From a bacterium (GTDB lineage: Bacteria > Zhuqueibacterota > Zhuqueibacteria > Residuimicrobiales > Krinioviventaceae): DNA of 64,000 nt. The position numbers were made by a program, and so were the translations under genes. This document shows, piece after piece, positions 22,398 through 33,427 of this stretch (position 1 is its first letter; the number at the start of each line of letters is the position of its first letter). The DNA lies in contig CAXXFV010000014.1 of assembly GCA_963674595.2 (NCBI GenBank), forward strand, positions 1-64,000. Direction: 5' to 3'. The notes under the pieces were generated by a model that was not told the DNA's origin, did no database searches, and worked only from the letters and a program-made list of their open reading frames with translations.

Positions 22398-22868
22398 TTA
22401 ATGTTGGAATCGATTCGAGGAAGTAAACTGAAAATAACCGGTAGATGCACTGTCTTCAAACTCTAACATAACTGCAGCAATTAAATCCTGCATTTCTTCA
22501 ACATTCATTTCTTGTATTTGCAGATATTGTGCTCGTTCAATAATCCGCTCCATATCACTATCACTTAAAATCTCAAGTTCTCTCAGGTGAAACAAATAGC
22601 TAAAAGCTGTTGGTGAGATAACAGTTTGTTCTGTTTCATTTAATTGACGCCAAATTGGCTTTGGTATATTACTCAACGGGCTTTGTAATAACCTGTCAAC
22701 ACTTTCGCCATGGTCCATAAGCCATGACATTGCAGTTGATATTTCCTCGTCACTAAAACCTTGTTCACTTAATATATCAAATAATAATTGCAAATCTAAA
22801 TTCTCCAAAGAGCTGTCACGAATTTCACGCATAACATTTGATAAAATTTCTAGAATGCGTTTATTCAT
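22398..22868 (-). CDS. smg: Smg/DUF494 family protein
   Basis: LSEQGFSDEEISTAMSWL, RQLNETE, ERIIER; adjacent to the topA-like gene. Confidence 0.85.
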   Translation of the reverse strand: MNKRILEILSNVMREIRDSSLENLDLQLLFDILSEQGFSDEEISTAMSWLMDHGESVDRLLQSPLSNIPKPIWRQLNETEQTVISPTAFSYLFHLRELEILSDSDMERIIERAQYLQIQEMNVEEMQDLIAAVMLEFEDSASTGYFQFTSSNRFQH

Positions 22869-23002
22869 TTAAATATAATCTCCGTTCAATAGTCGACTCT
22901 TAATTCTTGTCGCTTTTCCAATTTATGAAAATAACAATCAAATGCAAGATAAACTTCCCAATGATTCTCGGAAAGTAATTTTTGATGGAGCGCTTCCCCT
23001 GA

Positions 23003-26000
23003 TCAGTTAGCGCGTCCGCAACAGTTTTTATATTTTTTACCGCTTCCGCAAGGGCAAGGATCGTTTCGTCCGACTTTTTTAGTCTTGACAATAGGAGCTG
23101 TTTTTCGCGGTTGAGTTCCTGCCTGAACCGGCGAAGCTTTACTTTGTTTTGCCCCCATAACCTGTTTAAAAACCTCAACCTGCGAGTGAGTCATATTGTA
23201 TTGTTGCGGTTCAACACGCCTTAATTGCTGCTCTTCTATTTCCCCACCGACATCAAACACTTTAAAGAGGGTACTAACAACATCCCTGTTAATGCTATCA
23301 ATGGTTTTGACAAACATTTTATAGGCTTCACTTTTATATTCAAGCAACGGATCTTTTTGTCCGTAACCTCGTAATCCGATACCTTCACGCAGTTCATCAA
23401 CACCACTCAAATGCTGACGCCAATTTTCATCAATTTTTTCCAGCACATAATAACGTTCATATCGGGTTGCAAGAGCAGAACCTATTTCATTTACCCGGTT
23501 TATATAAAGTTTTTTGGCCCATTCGCTTACCTCATCCAGGACAAGATTTGGGTCCAAGGCCTCATCACTTTCATCTCTGAGACGCGGGGCCTGACGAAAA
23601 ACGAGCCGGCAATCTGTTTCCAGACGATTTGCCATGTCAGGATCTAAAATTTTATCACTGTTCAAAACACTGCTTATAATGTTATAAATCGTTTCGTCAA
23701 TCATCATAAGAACAGAATCTCTAACAATTTCACTGCTTATTCGTTCCTGACGGAACCGTTCAACCCGGTCGGCATATACTTTATATAAATTGAGTCCCCA
23801 GGCTACCATTTGTTCGCGAAAGACAGCATAATCCTCATCTTTAGATCCACTTGGCAGGGCCTTGTCAGGTTTACTCAAAAACATAAAATCAAGCTGCTGG
23901 GAAAATAGTTTCTTTGTCTTTTCATCTGCCTTTGCATCTGTACTTTTGTTAACCAGTGCAATAATCGAAGCTTCTATCAATTCTTCAATTGTTGCATTCG
24001 CCAGCATAATATCGTTATAAACTTGAGAATATTTAGAAAACGTCTCAGAATAGGTCAAGCGGACCTGTTTCATTGTCTGGTTCTTTAAAGAATTTTCTGC
24101 TTCTGCTTCATCAATTGTGATATTAAACGGCTGTCCGAATACTTTTTCAAGGAAATCTTGCTGCTCTTTTATAAGTTGGTTGTTTTCTTGTTCATTAGGA
24201 GATCCCAATTCCTGAAAACAATGGTCAACAATAATATGAGCAAAGTTTATATTTGAAAAATATCCTAAAATCCGGTGCCTTATTTGATTTCCCTGTTCAA
24301 TATTTAAATGATCATTCATCCACTCCAAAACACGTTCACGAATGACCTCCCGTCGAATACTCTTTAATTCATTGCTGCCCAATGAAGGGACATCAAAAAA
24401 TATTCTTTCAATATCCTTTAAAAATTCATCGGTAGTCCAGGTAGCCGGCGAGCCTTTAGCATTCAAATGACGGTCCATTATTCCAGTCAGATAAATCCGG
24501 ATCATCTCTTTTATGTCCAGAGATTCAAATATAATTTTAGCTACAGAGTCAGTGCCATTTTCAACTTTATCAGAATAAACTTTTCTGCCCCAGGAGACAA
24601 TTTTTTCTTCCAAAGCATCAGCATCCGGAAGGTCTGTTTGGTTCATCAACCATTCCGGCCCAACACCTAAAATACGCTCAAATTCAAAAACAATACCTTC
24701 CAAATTCCATTTTGAGGTATCCCGGGAGCCGGCATTATGCAGTTTTATCTTTAATTTAATTAAAACGTCTAAAATATCATCAAGAGAGCAATAACCATAT
24801 ATACGATGCCGTTCCTGCATTTGATGCTGGTCTTTTTCCTGCTCAAGTTTACTTAAAACCCAATCCTGAATTTTTTCTTTAATTTCGCTCTGCTTTAAAG
24901 TTTGTAAATCTTCTAAAGTAAAATCAGGCTCAGCCCCAAAGAACTCTTTTAAATTTTCAATCAGTTCATCAAGTTTCCAATCGGTATGATCGTCCTCTTC
25001 TCCGAAAAATCGTTTTGTTTTTGATTCTACAAAATCTTCGGCCTGTGCGAACCCAAGCAGGTTCTGACGTCGTTTGTAAATAATTTTTCTCTGGTCATTT
25101 AAAACATTGTCATATTCCAGCAGATTTTTACGAATTTCAAAGTTACGTTCTTCAACCTTTTTTTGTGCTCGTTCAATAGACCGGGTAATCAGCGGATGTT
25201 CAATTCTTTCACCTTCTTGCATATCTCCAAGCCGGCTCATAACATTTGTAATACGGTCGGAACCAAACAGTCGCATTAAATCATCTTCTAATGACAAATA
25301 AAAACGTGAAGCACCCGGGTCACCCTGACGTCCGGCACGACCGCGAAGCTGACGGTCAATTCTTCGGGCCTCATGTTTTTCAGAACCTAATATTTGTAAA
25401 CCACCGTGTTTTATCACATCCGGAGTCAGTTTAATATCCGTACCACGACCGGCCATATTTGTAGCAATTGTAATTGAACCCGGCAAACCGGCTTTGGCTA
25501 CAATTTCAGCTTCGCTTTTATGATATTTGGCATTTAACACGGTGTGAAAACGACCGGATTCCAGTTCTTTGGTAACGTCACCTTTTTTCAACCAATTTGC
25601 CACCGGTATACCACGATGCGTAAATAAAGTACTTAGATGCTGAGAAACATCAACGGAAACCGTACCTATTAAAATGGGTAGCCCTTTTTCATGTAATTCC
25701 AATGCCTCATCAATAATAGCATCGTACTTTTCTTTTTTAGTACGATAGATAACATCATTATTGTCCTTACGGATAACAGGTTTGTTCGTTGGAATAACAA
25801 TTACTTCAAGTTCATATGTACTAAAAAACTCCTGCGATTCGGTTTCGGCAGTACCGGTCATACCGGCGAGTTTGTGATAAATTCGGAAAAAATTCTGCAG
25901 GGTAATGGTCGCCAGAGTCTGACTTTCAGACTGAACCTCAACTCCTTCTTTTGCTTCCAAAGCCTCATGTAAACCGTCGCTAAACCGGCGTCCCGGCATT

Positions 26001-29000
26001 AATCGACCGGTAAACTGATCAACAATCATAACGGCTTTGCGTCCGCGTGCCGTACCGGCGCGTCGCATTTCGCCTTCTTCTACTGCTTTAACAACATAAT
26101 CCACGTCGTTTTTATATAATGTATAGGCGCGAAGTAATTGACTTATATTTTGTACACGGTCTTCAACCTGCGAATAATCCTGCCAGAGTTTGTTACGCCG
26201 ACTTTCTAAAATAGCTCTGGGCTTTCTTTCAAAATGAATCCTGAACCAGTGCTCGATTTCTTCAGATGTCATTACAAAATTTTGAGCATGAGCATTGGCC
26301 AAAAGTTCATTCATTTCGCGTTCTTCAAGCATAATCCGTTTTGCACGGAGCTGTGCTTTGTCTTTCGGTAAAAGGGCATCAAGCTCCGAACGTGTGGACA
26401 CCTTTTTACTGGAAAAATGCAAAATATCATCGCGAAACGCTTTTAGTTCTTCATCATAACTGAAAAACGGAAGTCCATCAACCAGATACTGCCTGGCAGA
26501 GCTTAACAAACGTTTGGGAATTTGCTGTTCATCCAGTTCAAAAACAGAATCCGCATCAATATTAATATCATCCAAAAGTTTTACGAGTTGTTCCGTAACC
26601 TGAAAACGTTCATTTGCTGAACTGGTCAAACTTTTTATACCATTATTAGACAGTCCTTTAAATCTCAAATCACTGGAAGATTTCGCAGCCTGTCCGTTGC
26701 TGTCAAAATCTAAATAACGGCGTAAAAATCGTTGTTTCTCCTGGTCTGAAAATTCACTTCTTTTTATAGTTGAGAACAAACTCTTAAATACATTTTGTAA
26801 ACGTTCAACATCTTCAAAACGTCGGGATAAACTTGGTATATTATCATTATTAAAAGATGTTGCCAGATATTCATCCAGTTCGATTCTTAACTGGACTGAA
26901 TTTGCGTTCTCGTCAGCTTTATGGGTTTGCTGCCATTTCAGGATTTTTTCAGCCACACTCTTCAAGTTAAATCCCAAAAGTCTTTCTATTTCAGTATCAG
27001 CCAAACCAAGAATATTACCGTTTTCATCTAAATCAAATATTTGTTCAATTTCATTCGAATAACGTCCAAGGTCTTTATCAAGCAAAAGAACAATATCATT
27101 TACCTGCTGAGCAAAGTCCGACAAGAAATTATAACCCAGCTTTGAAAAGTCGAGCCGGTCTAAAGAGCCAACCTTTTCACGTTTGTAAAACAAAGGTTCC
27201 AGTTTTGATACATCTGTTTGTACATATTGATATATCTGAGAAATCTCTAATTGTAATTTTTCAGCAGCCTGAACACGGGCGGCATAATCAAAAGCAGATT
27301 GATTCAGGGTCCTGTCAAGTATCTGCTTTACTTGCCTATCCTGTTCTTCAACAAGGCTGCGGTCAGGTAAAATATAAATATCCGGATTTCCACCAAGTAA
27401 AGCAATTCTACCTTTTTCAGATATATGTTTTAAAACGGTGCCATTATCTGAAAATTCAAAGTATTCCTGGCGGCGGTCTTCTGTTATACTTTCAGATTGG
27501 GTTGTTTTCTTGTCATCAACAGACGAGCTGCCGGCTGTATCCAGCATGGATGCAATTTTTGAGATATAGGGAACAAGAAAGGGATCGCCCTTGCAAACCA
27601 TTGCAAACAAGGCAAGCTTGCCGCTTTCCGTCAAACCCGTTATAGCGCCTAATTGTTTTTCAACCTGGAAAAAAGTTTGAATAATTTCACGACGACGGTC
27701 CTGTTGCCCACGAGAAATCTGGCCTCCGGCATCAACATCGGCTATATTTTGGATGAGTTTTAATAAATTTTGCAGCTCACCGACAAATTGAGAAAAATCC
27801 TCAGATCCATCACTTTGTAAATATTTAGCACCACTCTCTGTCAGGTTGTTGACCATTCGGTCCATTCGTTTGGAAAAATTAAAATTTTCACGCCAGATTG
27901 AATTTTTATCCGTCCTTTTTTCCTGAACATCCTGAGAGATTTTAGTTTCCAAATTAGCAAAATGCTCAACAAATTTTTCAAGCTTTTCATAATCGTCTTT
28001 ACCCGGGCGTTTAGTAATTTGACAAAGCAGTAATTGCCCTTCAAAGGTAATGCCGTTACATAAACCCGATATGGGGTCAAGAGTAAAATATTGGGCCGGC
28101 TTTTTCTGTTCGCTTAAATCGTACAAGGCCTGATCAAGCTCATCCAGTTTTTGAATTTTTTCTGCAATATCCTGGTCACGTCCGCCTGATAAAAAGATAC
28201 GTCCTTTTTCAGTAATATCTAAAACATGGCTTTTTTCATCAATCGTATAATACAGTTCACCATCAACCTGACCCATGGTTTTATTGATTTCATGCTGCCC
28301 CAGAATTTTTTCAATCAGCTTTTTAACCCAAAACTCTGACGTTTGCAAGTCCAAAAGTTCCTGGTTTTTCGGATCACCACGTTGTGCCCGTAAAAGCATA
28401 AGACCGGCAAGTTCTTCGTCCTTTTCAAGTAAATCCTTACCTTCGCGGACAAATTGTTCCACAAGCTCTTTTTGTTTCGTGTAAAGATTGGAAACAATGG
28501 GTTTAAGTTCATAATAAATATTTCGTGGCGCACCAACAGCACCGGATATGATCAAAGGTGTTCGGGCTTCGTCGATAAGGACACTGTCTACTTCATCAAC
28601 AATTGCATAATGCAAAGGACGCTGAACAACAGACCATACATCTGTTGTCATATTGTCACGAAGATAGTCAAAACCAAACTCATTATTGGTCCCATAGGTA
28701 ATATCAGCCATATAGGCATGTTTTTTTTGTTCAGGGTCCAAATCACCGTAAAGTGCGGCGACTTTTAGGCCCAAAAACTCGTAAATTTTTCCCATCCACT
28801 CACAGTCACGTTGTGCCAAATAGTCATTCACGGTAATAAGGTGAACGCCTTTTCCTTCAAGTGCATTTAAATATAACGGCATTGTAGCGACCAGTGTTTT
28901 TCCTTCACCCGTTGCCATTTCTGCAATTTTTCCCTCATGCAAAACAATACCGCCGATAAGCTGGACATCATAAGGAATCATATTCCATTCAATTTCTTGT

Positions 29001-29272
29001 CCGCGTACCAACCATTTTTTGCCTAAAAGACGACGGCAGGTATCCTTAACAGCCGCAAAAGCCTCAGGTAATATATCGTCAAGCGTTTCGCCCATATTTA
29101 AACGATAGCGAAATTCATGGGTTTTGGCTTTTAATTCATCGTCAGTCAAGGATTTATATTTTTCAGCTATCTGATTAATATCTTCAACGATAGGACGAAT
29201 ACGTTTCAACTCACGTTCTGTGCTTGTCCCACCCATTATTTTGGAAAAAAACTGTTCTACTTTTTCTAACAT
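23003..29272 (-). CDS. secA: Preprotein translocase ATPase SecA, giant form (2089 aa)
   Basis: [65 protein letters not shown]; SEC-C motif [19 protein letters not shown]. Confidence 0.97.
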   Translation of the reverse strand: MLEKVEQFFSKIMGGTSTERELKRIRPIVEDINQIAEKYKSLTDDELKAKTHEFRYRLNMGETLDDILPEAFAAVKDTCRRLLGKKWLVRGQEIEWNMIPYDVQLIGGIVLHEGKIAEMATGEGKTLVATMPLYLNALEGKGVHLITVNDYLAQRDCEWMGKIYEFLGLKVAALYGDLDPEQKKHAYMADITYGTNNEFGFDYLRDNMTTDVWSVVQRPLHYAIVDEVDSVLIDEARTPLIISGAVGAPRNIYYELKPIVSNLYTKQKELVEQFVREGKDLLEKDEELAGLMLLRAQRGDPKNQELLDLQTSEFWVKKLIEKILGQHEINKTMGQVDGELYYTIDEKSHVLDITEKGRIFLSGGRDQDIAEKIQKLDELDQALYDLSEQKKPAQYFTLDPISGLCNGITFEGQLLLCQITKRPGKDDYEKLEKFVEHFANLETKISQDVQEKRTDKNSIWRENFNFSKRMDRMVNNLTESGAKYLQSDGSEDFSQFVGELQNLLKLIQNIADVDAGGQISRGQQDRRREIIQTFFQVEKQLGAITGLTESGKLALFAMVCKGDPFLVPYISKIASMLDTAGSSSVDDKKTTQSESITEDRRQEYFEFSDNGTVLKHISEKGRIALLGGNPDIYILPDRSLVEEQDRQVKQILDRTLNQSAFDYAARVQAAEKLQLEISQIYQYVQTDVSKLEPLFYKREKVGSLDRLDFSKLGYNFLSDFAQQVNDIVLLLDKDLGRYSNEIEQIFDLDENGNILGLADTEIERLLGFNLKSVAEKILKWQQTHKADENANSVQLRIELDEYLATSFNNDNIPSLSRRFEDVERLQNVFKSLFSTIKRSEFSDQEKQRFLRRYLDFDSNGQAAKSSSDLRFKGLSNNGIKSLTSSANERFQVTEQLVKLLDDINIDADSVFELDEQQIPKRLLSSARQYLVDGLPFFSYDEELKAFRDDILHFSSKKVSTRSELDALLPKDKAQLRAKRIMLEEREMNELLANAHAQNFVMTSEEIEHWFRIHFERKPRAILESRRNKLWQDYSQVEDRVQNISQLLRAYTLYKNDVDYVVKAVEEGEMRRAGTARGRKAVMIVDQFTGRLMPGRRFSDGLHEALEAKEGVEVQSESQTLATITLQNFFRIYHKLAGMTGTAETESQEFFSTYELEVIVIPTNKPVIRKDNNDVIYRTKKEKYDAIIDEALELHEKGLPILIGTVSVDVSQHLSTLFTHRGIPVANWLKKGDVTKELESGRFHTVLNAKYHKSEAEIVAKAGLPGSITIATNMAGRGTDIKLTPDVIKHGGLQILGSEKHEARRIDRQLRGRAGRQGDPGASRFYLSLEDDLMRLFGSDRITNVMSRLGDMQEGERIEHPLITRSIERAQKKVEERNFEIRKNLLEYDNVLNDQRKIIYKRRQNLLGFAQAEDFVESKTKRFFGEEDDHTDWKLDELIENLKEFFGAEPDFTLEDLQTLKQSEIKEKIQDWVLSKLEQEKDQHQMQERHRIYGYCSLDDILDVLIKLKIKLHNAGSRDTSKWNLEGIVFEFERILGVGPEWLMNQTDLPDADALEEKIVSWGRKVYSDKVENGTDSVAKIIFESLDIKEMIRIYLTGIMDRHLNAKGSPATWTTDEFLKDIERIFFDVPSLGSNELKSIRREVIRERVLEWMNDHLNIEQGNQIRHRILGYFSNINFAHIIVDHCFQELGSPNEQENNQLIKEQQDFLEKVFGQPFNITIDEAEAENSLKNQTMKQVRLTYSETFSKYSQVYNDIMLANATIEELIEASIIALVNKSTDAKADEKTKKLFSQQLDFMFLSKPDKALPSGSKDEDYAVFREQMVAWGLNLYKVYADRVERFRQERISSEIVRDSVLMMIDETIYNIISSVLNSDKILDPDMANRLETDCRLVFRQAPRLRDESDEALDPNLVLDEVSEWAKKLYINRVNEIGSALATRYERYYVLEKIDENWRQHLSGVDELREGIGLRGYGQKDPLLEYKSEAYKMFVKTIDSINRDVVSTLFKVFDVGGEIEEQQLRRVEPQQYNMTHSQVEVFKQVMGAKQSKASPVQAGTQPRKTAPIVKTKKVGRNDPCPCGSGKKYKNCCGRAN

Positions 29273-29396
29273 CTATTAAAACCTTTTTTTTGTTCAAATT
29301 CTCATAATTTGCCGTTAACATTGACATAAAAATTAACTTAAACCGTAAAACGGCACACTTACCTTATTTAAAAAGTATAACAAACAAGGTAAAGCT

Positions 29397-29915
29397 TTAT
29401 TCAGGTTCAACTTTGGAATCAGAGCTGTTGCTCTTTAATCCTCTTCCAACTTTAACAATTTGATTAGACTTTTTCAAGTTCAAGAGTACGGCATCAAGCA
29501 CGCCATTTATAAAACCAGCGCTTTTTTCCGTGCTATAGCGTTTGGATAATTCTATAGCTTCGTCAATTGAAACCTTTGGCGGGATATCAAAAAACTCGAG
29601 CATTTCACAAATTGCCAAACATAATATAAGCTTATCCAGTATAGCAATTCTTCCATATTCCCAATTAGCGGAATATTTTGAAATTATTTCATTATACTCT
29701 TCTCGCTTATTATAGGTTCTCTCAACAAGTTCTTTGGCAAAAGCAAGTGCAGGTGTTTCCGATTCGTAACAACCAAAGTGTTCCTGAACTACATAACGTA
29801 AAGATCCCTCTGTAAGTTCCAAAGAATATAAAGCGCGCAAGGCAATTTCTCTGGCTTTTCTTCTTGAAGTCGGCGGGACTGTTGAAGCAAATAATGTATC
29901 GTCGTTATATTTCAT
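29397..29915 (-). CDS. nusB: Transcription antitermination factor NusB
   Basis: RRKARE, IPPKVSIDEAIELSKRY, FINGVLD. Confidence 0.95.
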   Translation of the reverse strand: MKYNDDTLFASTVPPTSRRKAREIALRALYSLELTEGSLRYVVQEHFGCYESETPALAFAKELVERTYNKREEYNEIISKYSANWEYGRIAILDKLILCLAICEMLEFFDIPPKVSIDEAIELSKRYSTEKSAGFINGVLDAVLLNLKKSNQIVKVGRGLKSNSSDSKVEPE

Positions 29916-30183
29916 TTTATCTTAAAAATTGGTGCCATTTATAAATATTATTACATTTATCATTTTTATATTAAAATTTATTTTTTAAACTCTTGTAACA
30001 GGACTCGGAACCGGATCCATATACTGTAACAATTGGTTCCTTAAAAAATTCTGATTCTAAACTGAACAACACAAGTCATGTAGAATTTTTTACATCACTC
30101 TGGTCAACAAACTATTCATTCATCCAAATTTTGCCCTGTTCATCTCCGAATGCCCACAAAAAATCCTTTAAACTAAATTAACA

Positions 30184-31881
30184 TCATCGTAAATCTTTGG
30201 CCCGAAGCTGAATTGTTTTTCGGCCCATATATTCATTTTCATCAATAACATATGCCAGGTCCAAGTGGGTATCACCGGTATTTACACGATAATAATAATC
30301 ACCCATATTAAAGCCGATAACATCAAACACAGCGCCATTTTGCCGGATTTTGAAACGAAGATGATTTTTTCCTACAATCGAAGGAGTTCCAATAACTTGA
30401 ATATTTTTTGAAACAAAAACAGGGCGCATATTATGCGGCCCAAAAGGTGCAAATAATTTTAAAAACTTTAAAAACTGAGAATCGACGTCACCTAAATGCA
30501 ACTCGGCGTCAATTAAAAGTTTTGGAGTTAAAAGGTCCTCTGTTAACTTTTTCTGTGCTATTTCTTCAAAACGAATTCGAAATTCTGGAATATTTCCTTC
30601 TTTAATCGTTAGTCCGGCAGCGTATTTATGACCGCCATAAGCAACCAACAAATCTTCACACTCTCTTAAAGATTCATACAAATCAAAGCCCTGAACACTG
30701 CGAGCAGATCCCTTGCCGATACCGTCCTCAATCGAAAGCAATATTGTGGGGCGGTAATATTTTTCAACAACACGCGAAGCAACAATACCAATAACTCCTG
30801 TATGCCACCCTTCCTGCGCCAAAACAATAGAATGGGTTTTTGTCAATTCATATTGTTTTTCTGCAAGTTGTTGTGCCTGAATAAAGGTTTCTTCATCAAC
30901 ATTTTTCCGATTGCGATTTTCCTGTTCAAGAACAGTGGCAATTTGTTTTGCCTCTAAAGAATCTTCAGTCGTTAAAAGCCTTACGGCACGCTCAGCATTA
31001 CCCATTCGCCCGACAGCATTTATTCGTGGGGCTATGATAAATACAATTTGACCGGTTCCAATTTCTTTTCCGGTCAATCCTGCGGCTTGTATAAGGGCGG
31101 TTAATCCAATATTATCACTGTCATTGAGCCGACGCAATCCGTTTTTAACAAAAATCCTGTTTTCATCTACCAAAGGTACAATATCAGCAGCGGTCCCTAT
31201 GGCAACCAGTTCAATATACTTTTCCAGAATAGACACATCAATATTCATGCGTAAAAGCAAACCCTGGGCTAATTTATAAGCCACTCCAACACCGGCCAGT
31301 TGTTTAAAGGGATATTGGCAATCAGTACGTTTTGGATCGATAACCGCAACAGCCGGCGGCATGTTATCACTTGGCTCATGATGATCACTTACAATAACAT
31401 CAATATTCAAGCTGTTAGCAAGAATAATTTCATTATGGCCTGTAATCCCGCAATCTGTTGTAACAATAAGATTTACGTTGTTTTTCCTTGCTTCTTCAAT
31501 GCCGGCTTCGGATAATCCATAACCCTCAATTTGGCGATCAGGAATATAATAAGTGACGTTGGCACCCAATTCCTTTAACAACAAATACAGAAAAGAAACT
31601 GAAGTAATTCCGTCAACATCATAATCGCCATAAATCAAAATTTTCTCATCACTCAACAGAGCCTTTCGAAGTCTTTCACAGGCTTTAGCCATATCAGCCA
31701 TAAGGAAAGGATCATAAAGCTCATCAATTGAGGCGCGAAAAAATCGTCTGGCTTCTTCGGTTGTGTTTACGCCTCTCCGTAACAAAATTTGAGTAATGAT
31801 AGGGGGTATTTTTAAATTATTTGATAATTCTGTGGCATCACCTTTTGAAAGGTCCTCCAAAAACTCCCACTGCAAATTCAT
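30184..31881 (-). CDS. recJ: ssDNA exonuclease RecJ
   Basis: GDYDVDG, SDHH, PRINAVGR, GSARS, GGH. Confidence 0.97.
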   Translation of the reverse strand: MNLQWEFLEDLSKGDATELSNNLKIPPIITQILLRRGVNTTEEARRFFRASIDELYDPFLMADMAKACERLRKALLSDEKILIYGDYDVDGITSVSFLYLLLKELGANVTYYIPDRQIEGYGLSEAGIEEARKNNVNLIVTTDCGITGHNEIILANSLNIDVIVSDHHEPSDNMPPAVAVIDPKRTDCQYPFKQLAGVGVAYKLAQGLLLRMNIDVSILEKYIELVAIGTAADIVPLVDENRIFVKNGLRRLNDSDNIGLTALIQAAGLTGKEIGTGQIVFIIAPRINAVGRMGNAERAVRLLTTEDSLEAKQIATVLEQENRNRKNVDEETFIQAQQLAEKQYELTKTHSIVLAQEGWHTGVIGIVASRVVEKYYRPTILLSIEDGIGKGSARSVQGFDLYESLRECEDLLVAYGGHKYAAGLTIKEGNIPEFRIRFEEIAQKKLTEDLLTPKLLIDAELHLGDVDSQFLKFLKLFAPFGPHNMRPVFVSKNIQVIGTPSIVGKNHLRFKIRQNGAVFDVIGFNMGDYYYRVNTGDTHLDLAYVIDENEYMGRKTIQLRAKDLR

Positions 31882-31908
31882 ATAAAAAATACTCCAAATT
31901 GCATCAAG

Positions 31909-32274
31909 TCCAAAGTAGTTCGATAAGCCGAATTCTGTAATTCAGGAAACCTGAATTGGTGATTATCTATCTGGGATGCCAGTCGCCTGGCACCTCGAGC
32001 GACCTACCCGAGGGTCAAACAAAGCGGGCCGCTTTTTCCCTCCTATTTGGTCTTGCTCCGGGTGGGGTTTACCATGCCCTTAATGTCACCATTAAGGCGG
32101 TGAGCTCTTACCTCACCCTTTCACCCTTACCTCAGGAAAACCTGAGGCGGTTTACTTTCTGTGGCACTTTCCTCGCTTCACAACGAGTTCCCGTTAGGAA
32201 CCACCCTGCCCTACGGAGTTCGGACTTTCCTCATCTCATAAATAATGAAACGCAATCACCTAAACTACTTTGGA
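31909..32274 (-). ncRNA. rnpB: RNase P RNA (bacterial type A)
   Basis: GAGGAAAGTCCG, AGTGCCACAGAAA, GGGTGAAAGGGTGAGGTAAGAGC and ACAGAATTCGGCTTA; P1 formed by TCCAAAGTAGTT with AACTACTTTGGA. Confidence 0.96.
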
Positions 32275-32352
32275 TTTATATCAAACGTTAATTATCAACT
32301 CTGATAAAAATATAACAATTTTTTAATAATTTTCAACCAATCATATTTATAA

Positions 32353-33093
32353 TCAAGATACGTCTGCTTCTTTTTGCGTTGGCTGTTTTTCTTCTTTCCA
32401 AACCAAAATTCGGCCGCAAACTTCACACAAATGCAGCGAATCCATCATCCTAATTTCCAGCCCACGCTGCGGGGGAACTCGGGATGAACACGCGCTGCAG
32501 GCGCCGGCCTCTAAAAAGCTTACAGCCAGGCCGCTTCTTCCGTTACGTATTCTTTCATAAGTTGAAAGCATCTGCTTGGTAAGTCCACTCGATACTTTCT
32601 CACGCTCTTTTGTCAAACCGCCTTCTTCTTCTCTGGTTGCCGCTAGTTTTTCATCCAGCTCTTTCTTGAAAACCAATAATTCCTTTTCAAGCTTTTCCAC
32701 TTCTTCCTGTTTCTCTGCAACTTGCTGTTCAATTTTCTTTTCAAGGTCTTCAAGCTCTAAAAACTCTATTTCCAGCTTGTCGATTAATTCCTGTGTATTT
32801 TCAATTTCAACGGTTATAGCATCATATTCTTTATTTGTTTTTACCTGATAAAGTTGTGCCTGGTATTTTTTTAATTTTTCACCAAGCAAAGACAGTTCAT
32901 TATCTACATTAAATTTTCGGGTCTTTTTTTCTTCATACTCTGTTTTTGTATTTTCCAGGTCTTTTTGCATATCACTAACCTGGTTTTCATAGACCTTAAC
33001 CTTCTGAGGAAGATCTCCTTTTTCTTCTTCCAAATGCATTAATTGAGTATCAATTATCTGTAATTGAATTAAAGTTTCCAAAGCCTTGCGCAA
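32353..33093 (-). CDS. Coiled-coil protein with C4 Zn ribbon (DUF164 family)
   Basis: Long coiled coil, VKTNKEYDA, YERIR, CSAC...CEVCGRIL; AAGGAG RBS with TTG start. Confidence 0.9.
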   Translation of the reverse strand: MRKALETLIQLQIIDTQLMHLEEEKGDLPQKVKVYENQVSDMQKDLENTKTEYEEKKTRKFNVDNELSLLGEKLKKYQAQLYQVKTNKEYDAITVEIENTQELIDKLEIEFLELEDLEKKIEQQVAEKQEEVEKLEKELLVFKKELDEKLAATREEEGGLTKEREKVSSGLTKQMLSTYERIRNGRSGLAVSFLEAGACSACSSRVPPQRGLEIRMMDSLHLCEVCGRILVWKEEKQPTQKEADVS

Positions 33094-33141
33094 AACTATT
33101 TCTCCTTATAACTTCAAAATATTCGATCGACTCATATATAC

Positions 33142-33172
33142 AAAAAAAGTGCATCCAAAATGGATGCACTTT
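33142..33172 (-). terminator. Rho-independent terminator between recQ and the Zn-ribbon gene
   Basis: AAAGTGCATCCA-TTT-TGGATGCACTTTTTTT. Confidence 0.8.
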
Positions 33173-33427
33173 ATATTCCAATAAAACTCAAATCACTTGT
33201 TGAAGATTGAGACGATTTATTTATTTTATCACTTTTTATTCGCTTTTTCATAAAGTCAAAAAACCTAAAGAACAAATTAAAAAATTCCAGATCATATTAT
33301 AACAAATTAATTTATCCATTTGAGTATTAAAATGCAAGGGAAAAAATTAAAAACAAATTATCATATATTTACAACATAAAAAAACAATTATTTATCACAA
33401 TTATTCCATAAAAAAAAGTATATAACC

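Noticed and set aside
23003-29272. Inteins as the explanation for SecA length
   Set aside because: No C/S-start or HN-C/S/T splice junctions or LAGLIDADG motifs were seen; the inserts lie in variable domains and resemble SecA itself.
29916-30183. Hidden small gene or RNA between recJ and nusB
   Set aside because: No convincing ORF with an RBS and no stable structure found by eye.
31956-32291. 111-aa plus-strand ORF
   Set aside because: Antisense shadow of the RNase P RNA gene.
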